UHGV virus genome: UHGV-0015805
DNA: 64,000 nucleotides
Source of the DNA: a virus
Strand: one strand, 5' to 3'
Of the stretch, positions 36,317-45,307 are shown in pieces. The translations under genes and the position numbers were made by a program. Within the stretch, counting starts at the first letter, position 1; each line of letters opens with the position of its first letter. The notes beneath the pieces are model-generated. The model was not told where the DNA came from and ran no database searches. It saw only the letters and a list, made by a program, of their open reading frames with translations.

Positions 36317-37198
36317 TTATTTTCTGCCGCCACCAAAGTTCTTCAGCAAATCTGCAAGGTGCTTGACCTTTTTGGACTGTGCAATCCAGTATTCAGGGCT
36401 GTTCATTGCGCCCTGCTCTTTCATGTAATTGCATGCTTCATCAACCGTCTTGGAACGACCAATGCGATAATTAAATGTATTGTTAATCTGAATAAACAAT
36501 TCAGGCAACCACTTAACATTATCAAGTTGGTTAATCCAATAGGTCGGAGATGCCATGAAGCCCTTTTCTGCCAGTTCGAGAACGGCAAGTGCAGCGTCGG
36601 CGATATAGCAGATATTACCATCGGTATTAGCCGTAATTCCGTTCGGGCTAACAGGACCTTTCTGCCACATAATCATTGCATCATACTGCGGCTTAGCCTC
36701 ACCGTACTGTGCCACCCACAGCGGATACTTAATGCGCTCGGCATAGAGCTTATTTCTCAAATGGTCGGGATTTGTATACAGCATAGGCAGATAGCCAGCA
36801 TCTTCACAGATTTTCATAAATGCATTGCAAGATTCGGTCAGCTGCGTTCTGTTCTGACACAGCAACGCCGTGTTGTTATAATTTTCACAGTCAAGAGCTA
36901 CATAAGACACATACTGTGCATACGGCTTAATCGCTTTCAAAAACTGCTTAGCTTCCTGCTTTGCTTCCTGCACATTGAATGCACAAAGAAAATGATAGAA
37001 GCCAATAGGCAGATGAGCATTGATACATTTCTGTGCATGCTCGTCCATTTTTCTATCTTTGAAGAAGCTCCCATAACCGTTCAAATATCTGCCCTGCGAA
37101 GCCTTAATCATACACAGCTTAATTCCGTCCTGCTTCAGTGCATTTGCGTCATAAATAGTCTGATACAACGAAACATCAATTGCGTTCATATTTGCCAT
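36317..37198 (-). CDS. GH25 muramidase (lysozyme) with two C-terminal ~30-aa putative cell-wall-binding repeats
   Basis: IDVSLYQ, GFYHF, LWVAQYG GH25 motifs; repeats SPTYWINQLDNVKWLPELF and SPEYWIAQSKKVKHLADLL. Confidence 0.7.
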   Translation of the reverse strand: MANMNAIDVSLYQTIYDANALKQDGIKLCMIKASQGRYLNGYGSFFKDRKMDEHAQKCINAHLPIGFYHFLCAFNVQEAKQEAKQFLKAIKPYAQYVSYVALDCENYNNTALLCQNRTQLTESCNAFMKICEDAGYLPMLYTNPDHLRNKLYAERIKYPLWVAQYGEAKPQYDAMIMWQKGPVSPNGITANTDGNICYIADAALAVLELAEKGFMASPTYWINQLDNVKWLPELFIQINNTFNYRIGRSKTVDEACNYMKEQGAMNSPEYWIAQSKKVKHLADLLKNFGGGRK

Positions 37199-37219
37199 AA
37201 CTATTACCTCCGTTTATTC

Positions 37220-37459
37220 TTAAATAAGTATGAATGCTTGCGAAAAATCGCCCTGTGGGACGATTACTTTAACAACAGTGCCATCGACAAGGGCTGATGA
37301 GTTCCCGCCGTACACGGGCAATTTATATGCCTTGCCGTTGACAGTAATGTTTGTATTCAAAGAGAGGGTCACAATTCCATTGAAGATTTGTGTGCATTTT
37401 TGCATTTTTCTTTCAATCAGAATTGTAATTGCATCGAATAATTCTTTATACTCGTCCAT
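37220..37459 (-). CDS. hypothetical protein
   Basis: ORF. Confidence 0.35.
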   Translation of the reverse strand: MDEYKELFDAITILIERKMQKCTQIFNGIVTLSLNTNITVNGKAYKLPVYGGNSSALVDGTVVKVIVPQGDFSQAFILI

Positions 37460-37468
37460 TATACCCGA

Positions 37469-40450
37469 TTATCCCCTCTCGTAAGCATATTGAAGTGCAA
37501 GATTTTTCAGCCCGGTTACAAACTCTCTTGCATTTGTTACATTGGGCAATTCAAGGTTGTTGACATTCACAGTGGTGTTGCTGGAATTACCAAACTTAAA
37601 GCCCATTAAGCCCTTGAGCGCAGATACAAAATCACTCGGAGATGTGCTACCCCATGCAAACAAATTCTTAGTAACGCCGCTTGTAAGTATGCCGTCACCA
37701 CGATTAAGAATGCGCATTTCAGGACCGTTCTCTCCGACAAGGCTCATGCCGCCAGTTGCGCCAAGCGTGCCGTTTGCATAGCTCGACCACTTGCCTGTTG
37801 CGGCATCATAGGTCGAATTATCTTCAAGCAATTTGGCCAGCTCAACATTTGCATTATGCAACGCCTCGCGCTCGGCAGAGCTTGTAGATGTTGCCCACGC
37901 CGCGCTATTAGCTTGCATCTTGTCAAGAATGGTCTGTCTGACCTCTGCTTTTCTGCGAGCTTCAATGTCCGCCTTGCTTGCCTCTAAGCCTTTATTGCGA
38001 TTATATTCGTCAAGCTTTGCCTGCGCCGCAGATATTGCATCCGCATCTTGCACATACTGGAATCGACCGTCTTTATATACAAGCTTTTTCTGCTCTCTTG
38101 CCTTAGCCATTTCATCGAGCAGTTTTTCATATTCAATTTGGTCGGACAGGGCATCATTAACTTCTTCAAGCCGCGACAGTTCAGAATCATACTTTTCGTT
38201 GATTTTATCAACGGCGTCCTCGACCGACTTAGTTGATTCTTCGACCAACTCTTGCATGCGCTTCTTTTCATACGCATAAATCTTTTCAGAATATTGCCAA
38301 TATTCTTCTTGATATTTGGACTTGCCCTTAAAGAATTTATCGACCATTTCAGTAAGCTCAGCGTAATACTGCTCTTCTGTAATTTCGTCCATTGCAAGTT
38401 GATGGTCTTTATATGCAAGCCAATCTGTAAATGCTTTTTTGTAGGTGTCTGTGGCGGAAGATGCGGCGCTCGAACTGGAACTATATGTTGCGAGCAGTTG
38501 TTCCAGCCACGCAATTTCATCTTCGATATTTTTTATGTTCTGTTCTGCAGTGGCTACTAATGCGTCCTGTCGGGCTGCTTCAGCTTCGGCTTCTTCAGCT
38601 GTTGACAAAAGCTGTGTTTGCCCCATTAAACTCTGTCTTGTCCTGAATCTTAGTGCCTCTGCTTTTGCGGCTTCGGCGTGCGACAATGCCGTTTTCTGCG
38701 CCTGTAATTCCTCTTGTTTTTGCAATAGAACAAATTGCGTTAACTCCTTGCTTCCGCGCAACGCCGCCTTGCCTGCCGATGTCAACGCGCCCGCTTCGTC
38801 ATAAAGTAGGTCATTAAGCCCAGGCAACGCTTCGTCTAATGCTTCTTGCGTTTCAGATTGCAATCCGCCATAAGTATTATAGTCCTGAACTGCCTTATTT
38901 AATGCATTTTGTGCTTTTGCGAGATTGTCGACATTATCTCGCTGGGCTTTTGTTATTCCTGCATTTTTGCCTGCTTGGGTGTTAAGGTTTGCAACAGTTT
39001 CTCCGAGCGATTGAGCCGCAACATTGGCTCTTTCTAATTTTCCTTCCGCGTTTTCAATCGCCTCGTCATACTGCCTTATCTCTTCAATAGTAGCGCTAAC
39101 TTCTTTTGACATGAAGCTCGGGAATATCCCATATCGAAGAACATTCTCATAAAAGCGAATCAAATCGTCCGTGTCCATTAAAGAAACATCAACATCAAGG
39201 TTTTCGCCAAGCCCCGTTATATCAAATCCGAGCGCGTCTCTGTATCGTTTTAGCCTTTCTTGGAGCTCTTGCATCTCAGCGCGTAGTTTATCGCCTGCAG
39301 ATTCGCGAGATGCTTTTGACTCTATTATTTGCCCATAATAAGCCGTTTGCTTTTCTTGCAACGCCGCTTGAAGCGCCTCTTGCTTCATCGCTTCGATGCG
39401 TTTATAAATTGCACCAGTATCTTCTTTGATTTTACCAGTATGTTCGCCAATGCTGAGATTCAAGTCGGGGTAAATTTTATTAAGTTGGTCTACGGCGCTT
39501 TTATACTTATACGCCTCACTCGTAGACATATTCTCAACCTTGTTAAGGTCTTCAATTACCCCAACCAAATATTTTGCTTGTTCGGCATTCGCCTTAGCAA
39601 TATTTGTGGCATCTGTATAAGTGGCGTTAATTGTTTCTATGGACTTATTTATCTTGTTGATTGTGCCGTACTGCGCATCATAAGCATCTTTAACAAGCCC
39701 TATCATAACCGTTAGCGCCGCCATTGCAATGCCAACGACAGGCACAGACGCCTGCAATGCTTTTACGCCAGTTGTCGCGCCAGCCAAAACAGATGTAAAT
39801 GCTTTTATCGATTTTATTGCGACTGGAATGACTTGCGCAATAATTCCGCCGAGCCCAGTAAAAACGCCACTCAGCAAAACAAATTGTGTTAAAGTTCTGC
39901 CTGCTTCGGTGTTCAATACTTTTAACGCGCCATTAGCCAAATTAAGCAAAGACTTAACCAATTCGCTATCAATGGTTTTGTTTGCAAAATCTTCCCATGT
40001 TGCTTTTAATGCAGTTGTTTTTGCTTCAAGCGAATCAAGGACTTTTGCATTTTCTGCTGCGGCCGAACCCGAAGAATTGTATGCAAGCTCTGTTGCTTTT
40101 TGAACGCCCGAAAAGTTAGAAAGCAATGCAGCAAGATTCTGCGATTGCCTTGCTCCTGCCGCCTGTTGCAAGAAATAAGATTGCTCGTTCTTGCTAAGTG
40201 AATCCCACTTGGGGGCAAGGTCGGACATAACATCGTACAGCGACCTTAACTGCCCTGCCTCGTCTTTGACCGCAATTCCGTGCTTTGTATACCATGCAAG
40301 CAGGTTTTTACCTGTGCTTGATGATTCGTCTACAATTTGGTTAAAGCGACTCTGCACTGTAACAAGTGAGCGTGAAGCAGATGCCGCAGAACGAGTAATT
40401 TCGGTAATGCCAGTTAATACATAATTTATTTGCCAGAGGACGCCAACCCT
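37469..40450 (-). CDS. tape measure protein, 3' exon (frame open upstream of the GTG at 40357 to about 40450)
   Basis: LAWYTKHGIAVKDEAGQLRSLYDVMSDL matches the TP901-family TMP core continuation. Long coiled-coil, 960+ aa. Upstream frame stays open through the end of the intron ORF. Confidence 0.75.
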   Translation of the reverse strand, partial: RVGVLWQINYVLTGITEITRSAASASRSLVTVQSRFNQIVDESSSTGKNLLAWYTKHGIAVKDEAGQLRSLYDVMSDLAPKWDSLSKNEQSYFLQQAAGARQSQNLAALLSNFSGVQKATELAYNSSGSAAAENAKVLDSLEAKTTALKATWEDFANKTIDSELVKSLLNLANGALKVLNTEAGRTLTQFVLLSGVFTGLGGIIAQVIPVAIKSIKAFTSVLAGATTGVKALQASVPVVGIAMAALTVMIGLVKDAYDAQYGTINKINKSIETINATYTDATNIAKANAEQAKYLVGVIEDLNKVENMSTSEAYKYKSAVDQLNKIYPDLNLSIGEHTGKIKEDTGAIYKRIEAMKQEALQAALQEKQTAYYGQIIESKASRESAGDKLRAEMQELQERLKRYRDALGFDITGLGENLDVDVSLMDTDDLIRFYENVLRYGIFPSFMSKEVSATIEEIRQYDEAIENAEGKLERANVAAQSLGETVANLNTQAGKNAGITKAQRDNVDNLAKAQNALNKAVQDYNTYGGLQSETQEALDEALPGLNDLLYDEAGALTSAGKAALRGSKELTQFVLLQKQEELQAQKTALSHAEAAKAEALRFRTRQSLMGQTQLLSTAEEAEAEAARQDALVATAEQNIKNIEDEIAWLEQLLATYSSSSSAASSATDTYKKAFTDWLAYKDHQLAMDEITEEQYYAELTEMVDKFFKGKSKYQEEYWQYSEKIYAYEKKRMQELVEESTKSVEDAVDKINEKYDSELSRLEEVNDALSDQIEYEKLLDEMAKAREQKKLVYKDGRFQYVQDADAISAAQAKLDEYNRNKGLEASKADIEARRKAEVRQTILDKMQANSAAWATSTSSAEREALHNANVELAKLLEDNSTYDAATGKWSSYANGTLGATGGMSLVGENGPEMRILNRGDGILTSGVTKNLFAWGSTSPSDFVSALKGLMGFKFGNSSNTTVNVNNLELPNVTNAREFVTGLKNLALQYAYERG

Positions 40451-41853
40451 CTAAGCGATTCTTGAAAAAATATTTTATAAGAATTGTCCTTATCAAATAA
40501 ATAATAAGGTATTCTTATCAAAGGAATGTTGTTTTCTTTGCAATAAGCATCTTTTATCTTATCATGCCTTTTAGTGCTTTCAAAAGTTTTTTGAGCGCGC
40601 TCAAATGATATGCGATTAAAACAACACGGTTTATAGTGACCTTGTCCGTCTATTTCCACAAGAATGCCACCATCTACGATGTAGAAATCAAACGGTAACG
40701 GCAGTATATCCCTGCATTGATTTAATGAATATTGCCGCACATATTTAATATTAAGTTCTTGTAGAAGCTTTTCAAACATGTCCTCAAACCGCGACATGCT
40801 CTTAGCGCAAACAGAACACCTCGTTTTCCCATTTTGAAACGCCGCTATTGATGTATCAAATCGGTTGCCACATTCGCAAATAAACGAAAGGGATGTCAAT
40901 CTTCCACCTTGATACTCTTTGTCGTTGCAAAATCCAATACACTCTACGTTTGCGCCATGTGTACTTGCCCACCAATTCACATTGTAAATATAGTTCTTTC
41001 TATTTATCCGAACATCAAAACGAGACATTCCTTTGCCAGAATTTATTGCAGCTGCAGAAATAAATCCTCTATATCCTTCGGCGTCCTCGACCTCTACCCT
41101 TTGAGCATACTTTAAATCTCTCGTATCTTCATCAGATATTATCTTATAGCCGTGTGCGGATATCATCTCTCCGTATATTCTTTTTTGTCTTTTTGACGCC
41201 CGAACTTTTGTTGCGCATGACACGCAAACGAAACGATTTCTACAAGATATCTCGTATACTTTTTTACGAAATACATTTCCACAACCGCAACGAAGTTCAA
41301 TTATGGCGCACCCGTTTCGACCAGTTGACCACGAGACAAACTCAGTGGTCGGCGCACATTTTGACAAAAGAACACGCATATTATGCTCGATGTTTGCGTA
41401 ATTATATTTACCCCATATTGTTGGCGACTTACCAGCCTTTAAGTTGGAATAAGACGCATAACACCATATTCCGTCCTTTCTTTCGCAAAGCACATATTCG
41501 TTTGCATTGACATAATCACCAATTATTTTAAGTCCATGAGAGTTAAACAATTTTATAACTTCAGAATATTCTAATTTTTTCAAGAATCCTCCCTCTTTCA
41601 ATGGAGATTAGACCATATCTTTTTTACCTATGTTTCCCCGCGCTTGCGGGTATGCCTACTGAATTAGTAGGGCTTACTGGTCGTTGAACAGTTATCAATT
41701 ACCTATTGATAACTTGCTGCGGATTATCCAATCTCTATATTTGTTACTATACAGCAGTCATTACTTGCTCCACCGCATTATTACTAATACGGTTTAGTAT
41801 ATAGAGCTCTAAGGAACTTCCCGTCAATTTATAGGTTTTTAATTGACCTATTA
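40380..41853 (-). mobile_element. group I intron (with ORF) interrupting the tape measure gene
   Basis: Minus-strand core contains canonical Q element AATCCGCAGC and R element GTTCAACGACCAGTAAGCC. Flanking ORFs are consecutive pieces of one TMP domain. Boundaries approximate. Confidence 0.6.
40426..41601 (-). CDS. intron-encoded homing endonuclease, PD-(D/E)xK Vsr/DUF559-like C-terminal domain with zinc-finger N-terminus
   Basis: C-terminal FDFYIVDGGILVEIDGQGHY...KDAYCKENNIPLIRIPYY; several CxxC pairs; TTG start after AGGGAGG. Confidence 0.55.
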   Translation of the reverse strand: MKEGGFLKKLEYSEVIKLFNSHGLKIIGDYVNANEYVLCERKDGIWCYASYSNLKAGKSPTIWGKYNYANIEHNMRVLLSKCAPTTEFVSWSTGRNGCAIIELRCGCGNVFRKKVYEISCRNRFVCVSCATKVRASKRQKRIYGEMISAHGYKIISDEDTRDLKYAQRVEVEDAEGYRGFISAAAINSGKGMSRFDVRINRKNYIYNVNWWASTHGANVECIGFCNDKEYQGGRLTSLSFICECGNRFDTSIAAFQNGKTRCSVCAKSMSRFEDMFEKLLQELNIKYVRQYSLNQCRDILPLPFDFYIVDGGILVEIDGQGHYKPCCFNRISFERAQKTFESTKRHDKIKDAYCKENNIPLIRIPYYLFDKDNSYKIFFQESLRGLASSGK

Positions 41854-42168
41854 ACCTAAGCCAATGCTCTCTTCCATCGTATTTCCGCCAACAGACATTG
41901 CGGCAGACATATTTCCGAGGTTTCGAGCTAAATCTGCTGAAGAAACCGCCATATGGTTGCTGACATTATTGACGCTATCAATGATATGAGAAGATTCATC
42001 AGCAGCAATATTAAATGCCTTCATCTGGGCAATGATAAACTCAGATGCTTCACCCGCCGAAAGTTGCTCATCGGCGATATTTTGGTACATAGCGGCAACT
42101 TTTGCTAATTCCGCAGCATCGGTTTCATTGAACCCGGCTTTCGCAAATTCGGTTGCGCTTTCCACCAT
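41851..42168 (-). CDS. tape measure protein, middle exon (TP901-family core segment)
   Basis: ELAKVAAMYQN...SSADLARNLGNMSAAMSVGGNTMEESIGLG matches the TMP core; closed upstream by an in-frame TAA three codons before the ATG. Confidence 0.6.
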   Translation of the reverse strand: MVESATEFAKAGFNETDAAELAKVAAMYQNIADEQLSAGEASEFIIAQMKAFNIAADESSHIIDSVNNVSNHMAVSSADLARNLGNMSAAMSVGGNTMEESIGLG

Positions 42169-42181
42169 TTGGGACTTTTAT

Positions 42182-42415
42182 TCAATCTTTCTTGGAGTAA
42201 TCAATAAATCCCCAATCGTTATGCTCTTTTTCTTCTCTTCTGTACCGCTCGGACACCCGCCTATCTTCTTCTTCCCATTTTCTGTATTGTTCGGGATTAT
42301 TCTTCTTGGCAGCATCCTTATCAAAAGGAATTCCAAAAACAACATGCCTGAAGAAGCAAGCAACGCCATAGCAGACACAATAAAGCATCATCAAAGGAAC
42401 CGCAATTAACAACAT
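42182..42415 (-). CDS. small single-pass membrane protein encoded inside intron B
   Basis: MLLIAVPLMMLYCVCYGVACFF followed by a highly charged tail; own promoter and RBS AAGGTGGG. Confidence 0.45.
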   Translation of the reverse strand: MLLIAVPLMMLYCVCYGVACFFRHVVFGIPFDKDAAKKNNPEQYRKWEEEDRRVSERYRREEKEHNDWGFIDYSKKD

Positions 42416-42444
42416 AATCAAGCCCACCTTTCTTTGTTGATGCC

Positions 42445-42473
42445 ATTATAACACATAACTTTTAGATTGTCAA
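42445..42473 (-). promoter_or_regulatory. consensus promoter (TTGACA-17-TATAAT) on the minus strand inside intron B
   Basis: Minus-sense ttgacaatctaaaagttatgtgttataat. Confidence 0.5.
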
Positions 42474-42725
42474 TACCTTTTTCGAAATATTCTGGACTAT
42501 TTCTTCACCCTATTTAATTTGGAGGGGTCGAACTTATAAAGTCTCTTGACACATCCCTGTTCGGGACTTCGCGCCCAATCTACCATTGTTTGTCCCGAAC
42601 AATATACAATATTCGTGACAAATTGCACTTAGGTCTTTCGACCATATGCTATCCCGCTTATTTTTAACAGTTTCCCACATTCACACTTGGGCTTATTTCA
42701 TCCCTATGTTGTAGTTAAACAGGCT

Positions 42726-43193
42726 TTAGGTTTTACTGGGTTTTGAACAATTCTCTGTGCTGGTTTGCCATCCCATCACACGGGCTCCCGTCCATAGTTT
42801 ACCCGTCTTCGCAACTTCTGCTCCCATGTCGGTTAGCTTGCTCACATATTCGTCCATTGATTCGCCGGACAAATCTGTGACCTTTGCTAATTCGACCTGC
42901 GCGGCATTCATGGTGTAGACTTCAGAGACCATAGACTTAATAATATCTATGCTCTTCTCCATAATCATGTTCGCCGCTTGATATGTTAATTCAAAATTCT
43001 TCGCGCTGGACGAGGCTTCGTTCATGTTCTTCGACAGATTGCTTATTCCGTCAGATGCTTCCTTAGCCCCTTTTGCTTTGATATTGATATTGACATTTTT
43101 TGCCGCGTCATTCAATTTCTTTTGAATTTCGCTTGTACTTGTCTTTATCTCAATACCTACGCCAATATTCCAGCTCGTGTTTTTATTCGCCAT
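42726..43193 (-). CDS. tape measure protein, 5' exon (N-terminal segment); C-terminal ~20 codons probably intron-derived
   Basis: N-terminal TMP-like VELAKVTDLSGESMDEYVSKLTDMGAEVAKTGK; the ORF stop coincides with the conserved intron 5' motif cctaaagcct. Confidence 0.55.
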   Translation of the reverse strand: MANKNTSWNIGVGIEIKTSTSEIQKKLNDAAKNVNINIKAKGAKEASDGISNLSKNMNEASSSAKNFELTYQAANMIMEKSIDIIKSMVSEVYTMNAAQVELAKVTDLSGESMDEYVSKLTDMGAEVAKTGKLWTGARVMGWQTSTENCSKPSKT

Positions 43194-43207
43194 AATTCAC
43201 CATCCTT

Positions 43208-43705
43208 TTATTTATGAATTTGGCTCCAACCCAAAAGAATGGCATCGCTTATATCATCATCGTTCTTACTGCTTGACGGAGACACCCAATTCAAGTCCAG
43301 TCCGAACAATTCGTTGGCTTTCTCCACGGACTTCCTTTTAAGAACATCTCGCTTCGTGCCATCTCTTGTGCCGTCAAAAATTCCTATATCGCTACGCCAT
43401 TTCTGAGGAAGTACAAATTGAATCGGTACATGATGAGATGCGGCTATCCCAAGAACATATCCTTGAACAGCCCCAAGAATCATCAACACTTTAACATTTG
43501 CCGCCTTCAACGGCACTTCCTCTACGATTAACCTATCGGGTCGATAGGTCTTAATCAATTCAGACAATGGCGCACCTTCATGTGTCAGCCTTTCTCGCCA
43601 ACTATCTCCCTCGGGCTTAATACAGCCATAATGAATGAGCTTATCTTCATTGAAAACCGCATATCCCGTGCAAGATGTGCTGCAATCCAGTGATAATGTG
43701 ATCAT
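43208..43705 (-). CDS. RuvC-like Holliday junction resolvase
   Basis: ITLSLDCSTSCTGYAVF (RuvC motif 1 with Asp), VEEVP (Glu), DDDISDAILLG (Asp pair). Confidence 0.55.
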   Translation of the reverse strand: MITLSLDCSTSCTGYAVFNEDKLIHYGCIKPEGDSWRERLTHEGAPLSELIKTYRPDRLIVEEVPLKAANVKVLMILGAVQGYVLGIAASHHVPIQFVLPQKWRSDIGIFDGTRDGTKRDVLKRKSVEKANELFGLDLNWVSPSSSKNDDDISDAILLGWSQIHK

Positions 43706-44214
43706 ACTTCATAGTGAGATTGCTCGGGGTATTTGCCCGTGAATTTATAGGCAAGCCCCGCCTGTCTCATTCCTTCCTCAACCCATTGTTTTAAGCGCCG
43801 CTTGCTTACATATTTGTCAAGCATGCCCCATGCATTTCTGCGCTTAGTCCAAAATCCGCGACCAAATATTCTGCCCGCCTTGCCTTCAAAGATAATGTCA
43901 GCAAGCGCATAGGCAATATCTGTACCGTCTATGGCAGATGTATGTTGCCCACGGTCTCTTGTCCTAATTTTGCTTGAATCATAAAAATGCGTGCTATATA
44001 ATGCGTCGGACTCAAATTTTTCTTCCGTTGACCATGCGTCAAGGAATTCAAATGTCCGCTCGTATACATCGGGGTGTCCCTTAGAATACACAGAGAAGCT
44101 TATCGCGTTCTTGTTATAGTCCGCAATTTTTTCTATTACATATTCAAGCACAGGCTTCAAGCGCTCTTTCATCTCGGCGCGTAATGCACCAAATGTGTTT
44201 ACGGTTTGGCTCAA
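43702..44214 (-). CDS. hypothetical protein (possible tail assembly chaperone position)
   Basis: ORF between the major tail protein and TMP. Confidence 0.35.
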   Translation of the reverse strand: MSQTVNTFGALRAEMKERLKPVLEYVIEKIADYNKNAISFSVYSKGHPDVYERTFEFLDAWSTEEKFESDALYSTHFYDSSKIRTRDRGQHTSAIDGTDIAYALADIIFEGKAGRIFGRGFWTKRRNAWGMLDKYVSKRRLKQWVEEGMRQAGLAYKFTGKYPEQSHYEV

Positions 44215-44573
44215 CCCTTTTTGCCCTTCTTTGTGCTATTATTAGGAGATTTCAGAGCCTTCTGCAATTTCGGCAGAAATTCGGTAGACAACTGCATAAT
44301 TGCCCGTGCAGTCGATTCGGTGTATTGCAATGCCTGACGAATCTGGTAATAATTCTTTACCTGTCCGCGCACATCATCAATCACGCCATCAATCAACAGC
44401 CGCTCATGCCCGACCTCAGCAATCTTATCTTGCCCAATATCGGTGCAATAGCAAAGCATAAGCATATCAATAATCTGTTGTCTATCGCTCCACACATTGC
44501 TTTTAACAACTTGGTCTACAATGTTCTGAATCTCCGCATATGTCAAATATTCTTTCGTAATATTATATTCCAT
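44211..44573 (-). CDS. hypothetical protein (possible tail assembly chaperone position)
   Basis: ORF. Confidence 0.35.
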   Translation of the reverse strand: MEYNITKEYLTYAEIQNIVDQVVKSNVWSDRQQIIDMLMLCYCTDIGQDKIAEVGHERLLIDGVIDDVRGQVKNYYQIRQALQYTESTARAIMQLSTEFLPKLQKALKSPNNSTKKGKKG

Positions 44574-44595
44574 TTATTCCGTGCTCCTGTTTAAT

Positions 44596-44961
44596 TCATC
44601 TAACTAAGGCGGTAATAATCGCTCCTGTTGCAGCTACAAGTGACGCAATCTGAATCCAATGCTCTTTTATCCACAACACCGCGTCGAGCTTGCCTTTATC
44701 ATCAACACGCCTAATAGCTTTTGTCAATGTATCAACATCGCCCTTAATGTCGCTGATTTGTTGTCCTTGTGTTGCCAAAGAGTCGCTGATTTTTGTCATT
44801 GTAATCTGCAAAGAAGATACCGCCTTATTCAAGTCGTCGCAGACCTGAATATTTTTATCAAGTAACTGCCCCAAATACGGTTGTGCCGTTTCAAGAGCCG
44901 TGACCCGATTTTCTACTTTTCCGAGCCGCCGTTCCAAATCTTCCATGTTGGCAACCGTCAC
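44596..44961 (-). CDS. coiled-coil protein with C-terminal TM helix
   Basis: C-terminal WIQIASLVAATGAIITALV. Confidence 0.4.
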   Translation of the reverse strand: MTVANMEDLERRLGKVENRVTALETAQPYLGQLLDKNIQVCDDLNKAVSSLQITMTKISDSLATQGQQISDIKGDVDTLTKAIRRVDDKGKLDAVLWIKEHWIQIASLVAATGAIITALVR

Positions 44962-45257
44962 TTTCCTATTTTGTATTCCCCACCACTTGTTTTTCTGAGC
45001 TTTACATATGGCGGAATTTTATCTAATGTATTTTTAACCTTAATAACAGTGTCCGCGTCAAGATAAACATACAAATAGCCCTTACGCTCATACGCCACTT
45101 TATTGTAGCCAATTGGCGCAGCTGCGCTCATCTTAACCTTACAATCTTTGGGCATTGATTTCATGGGCTTATAATCCTGTATTTTATCACAAAAATAAAC
45201 AAATGGGCATTTGTCATTTCGGGCTAAACACATATCTTTTTTATTAAATTCGCACAT
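44958..45257 (-). CDS. hypothetical protein
   Basis: ORF. Confidence 0.35.
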   Translation of the reverse strand: MCEFNKKDMCLARNDKCPFVYFCDKIQDYKPMKSMPKDCKVKMSAAAPIGYNKVAYERKGYLYVYLDADTVIKVKNTLDKIPPYVKLRKTSGGEYKIGK

Positions 45258-45268
45258 AATTAAAAAAT

Positions 45269-45299
45269 AGGGAGGAATTATTTATAATAACCCCTCCCT
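45269..45299 (-). terminator. hairpin terminator downstream of the major tail protein gene
   Basis: agggagg ...17 nt... cctccct with a T-run on the minus strand. Confidence 0.4.
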
Positions 45300-45307
45300 T
45301 ATTTTAT

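Larger units (their letters stand above)
42169..42728 (-). mobile_element. group I intron-like insertion in the tape measure gene, carrying a promoter and a membrane-protein ORF
   Basis: 5' region about 75% identical to the terL intron 5' region (ctacaacata.g.atgaaataag.c.aagtgtga); R-like GTCAAGAGACTTTA. Boundaries approximate. Confidence 0.45.

Noticed and set aside
36308-37297. 329-aa plus-strand ORF
   Set aside because: Antisense to the well-supported GH25 lysin gene; no motifs.
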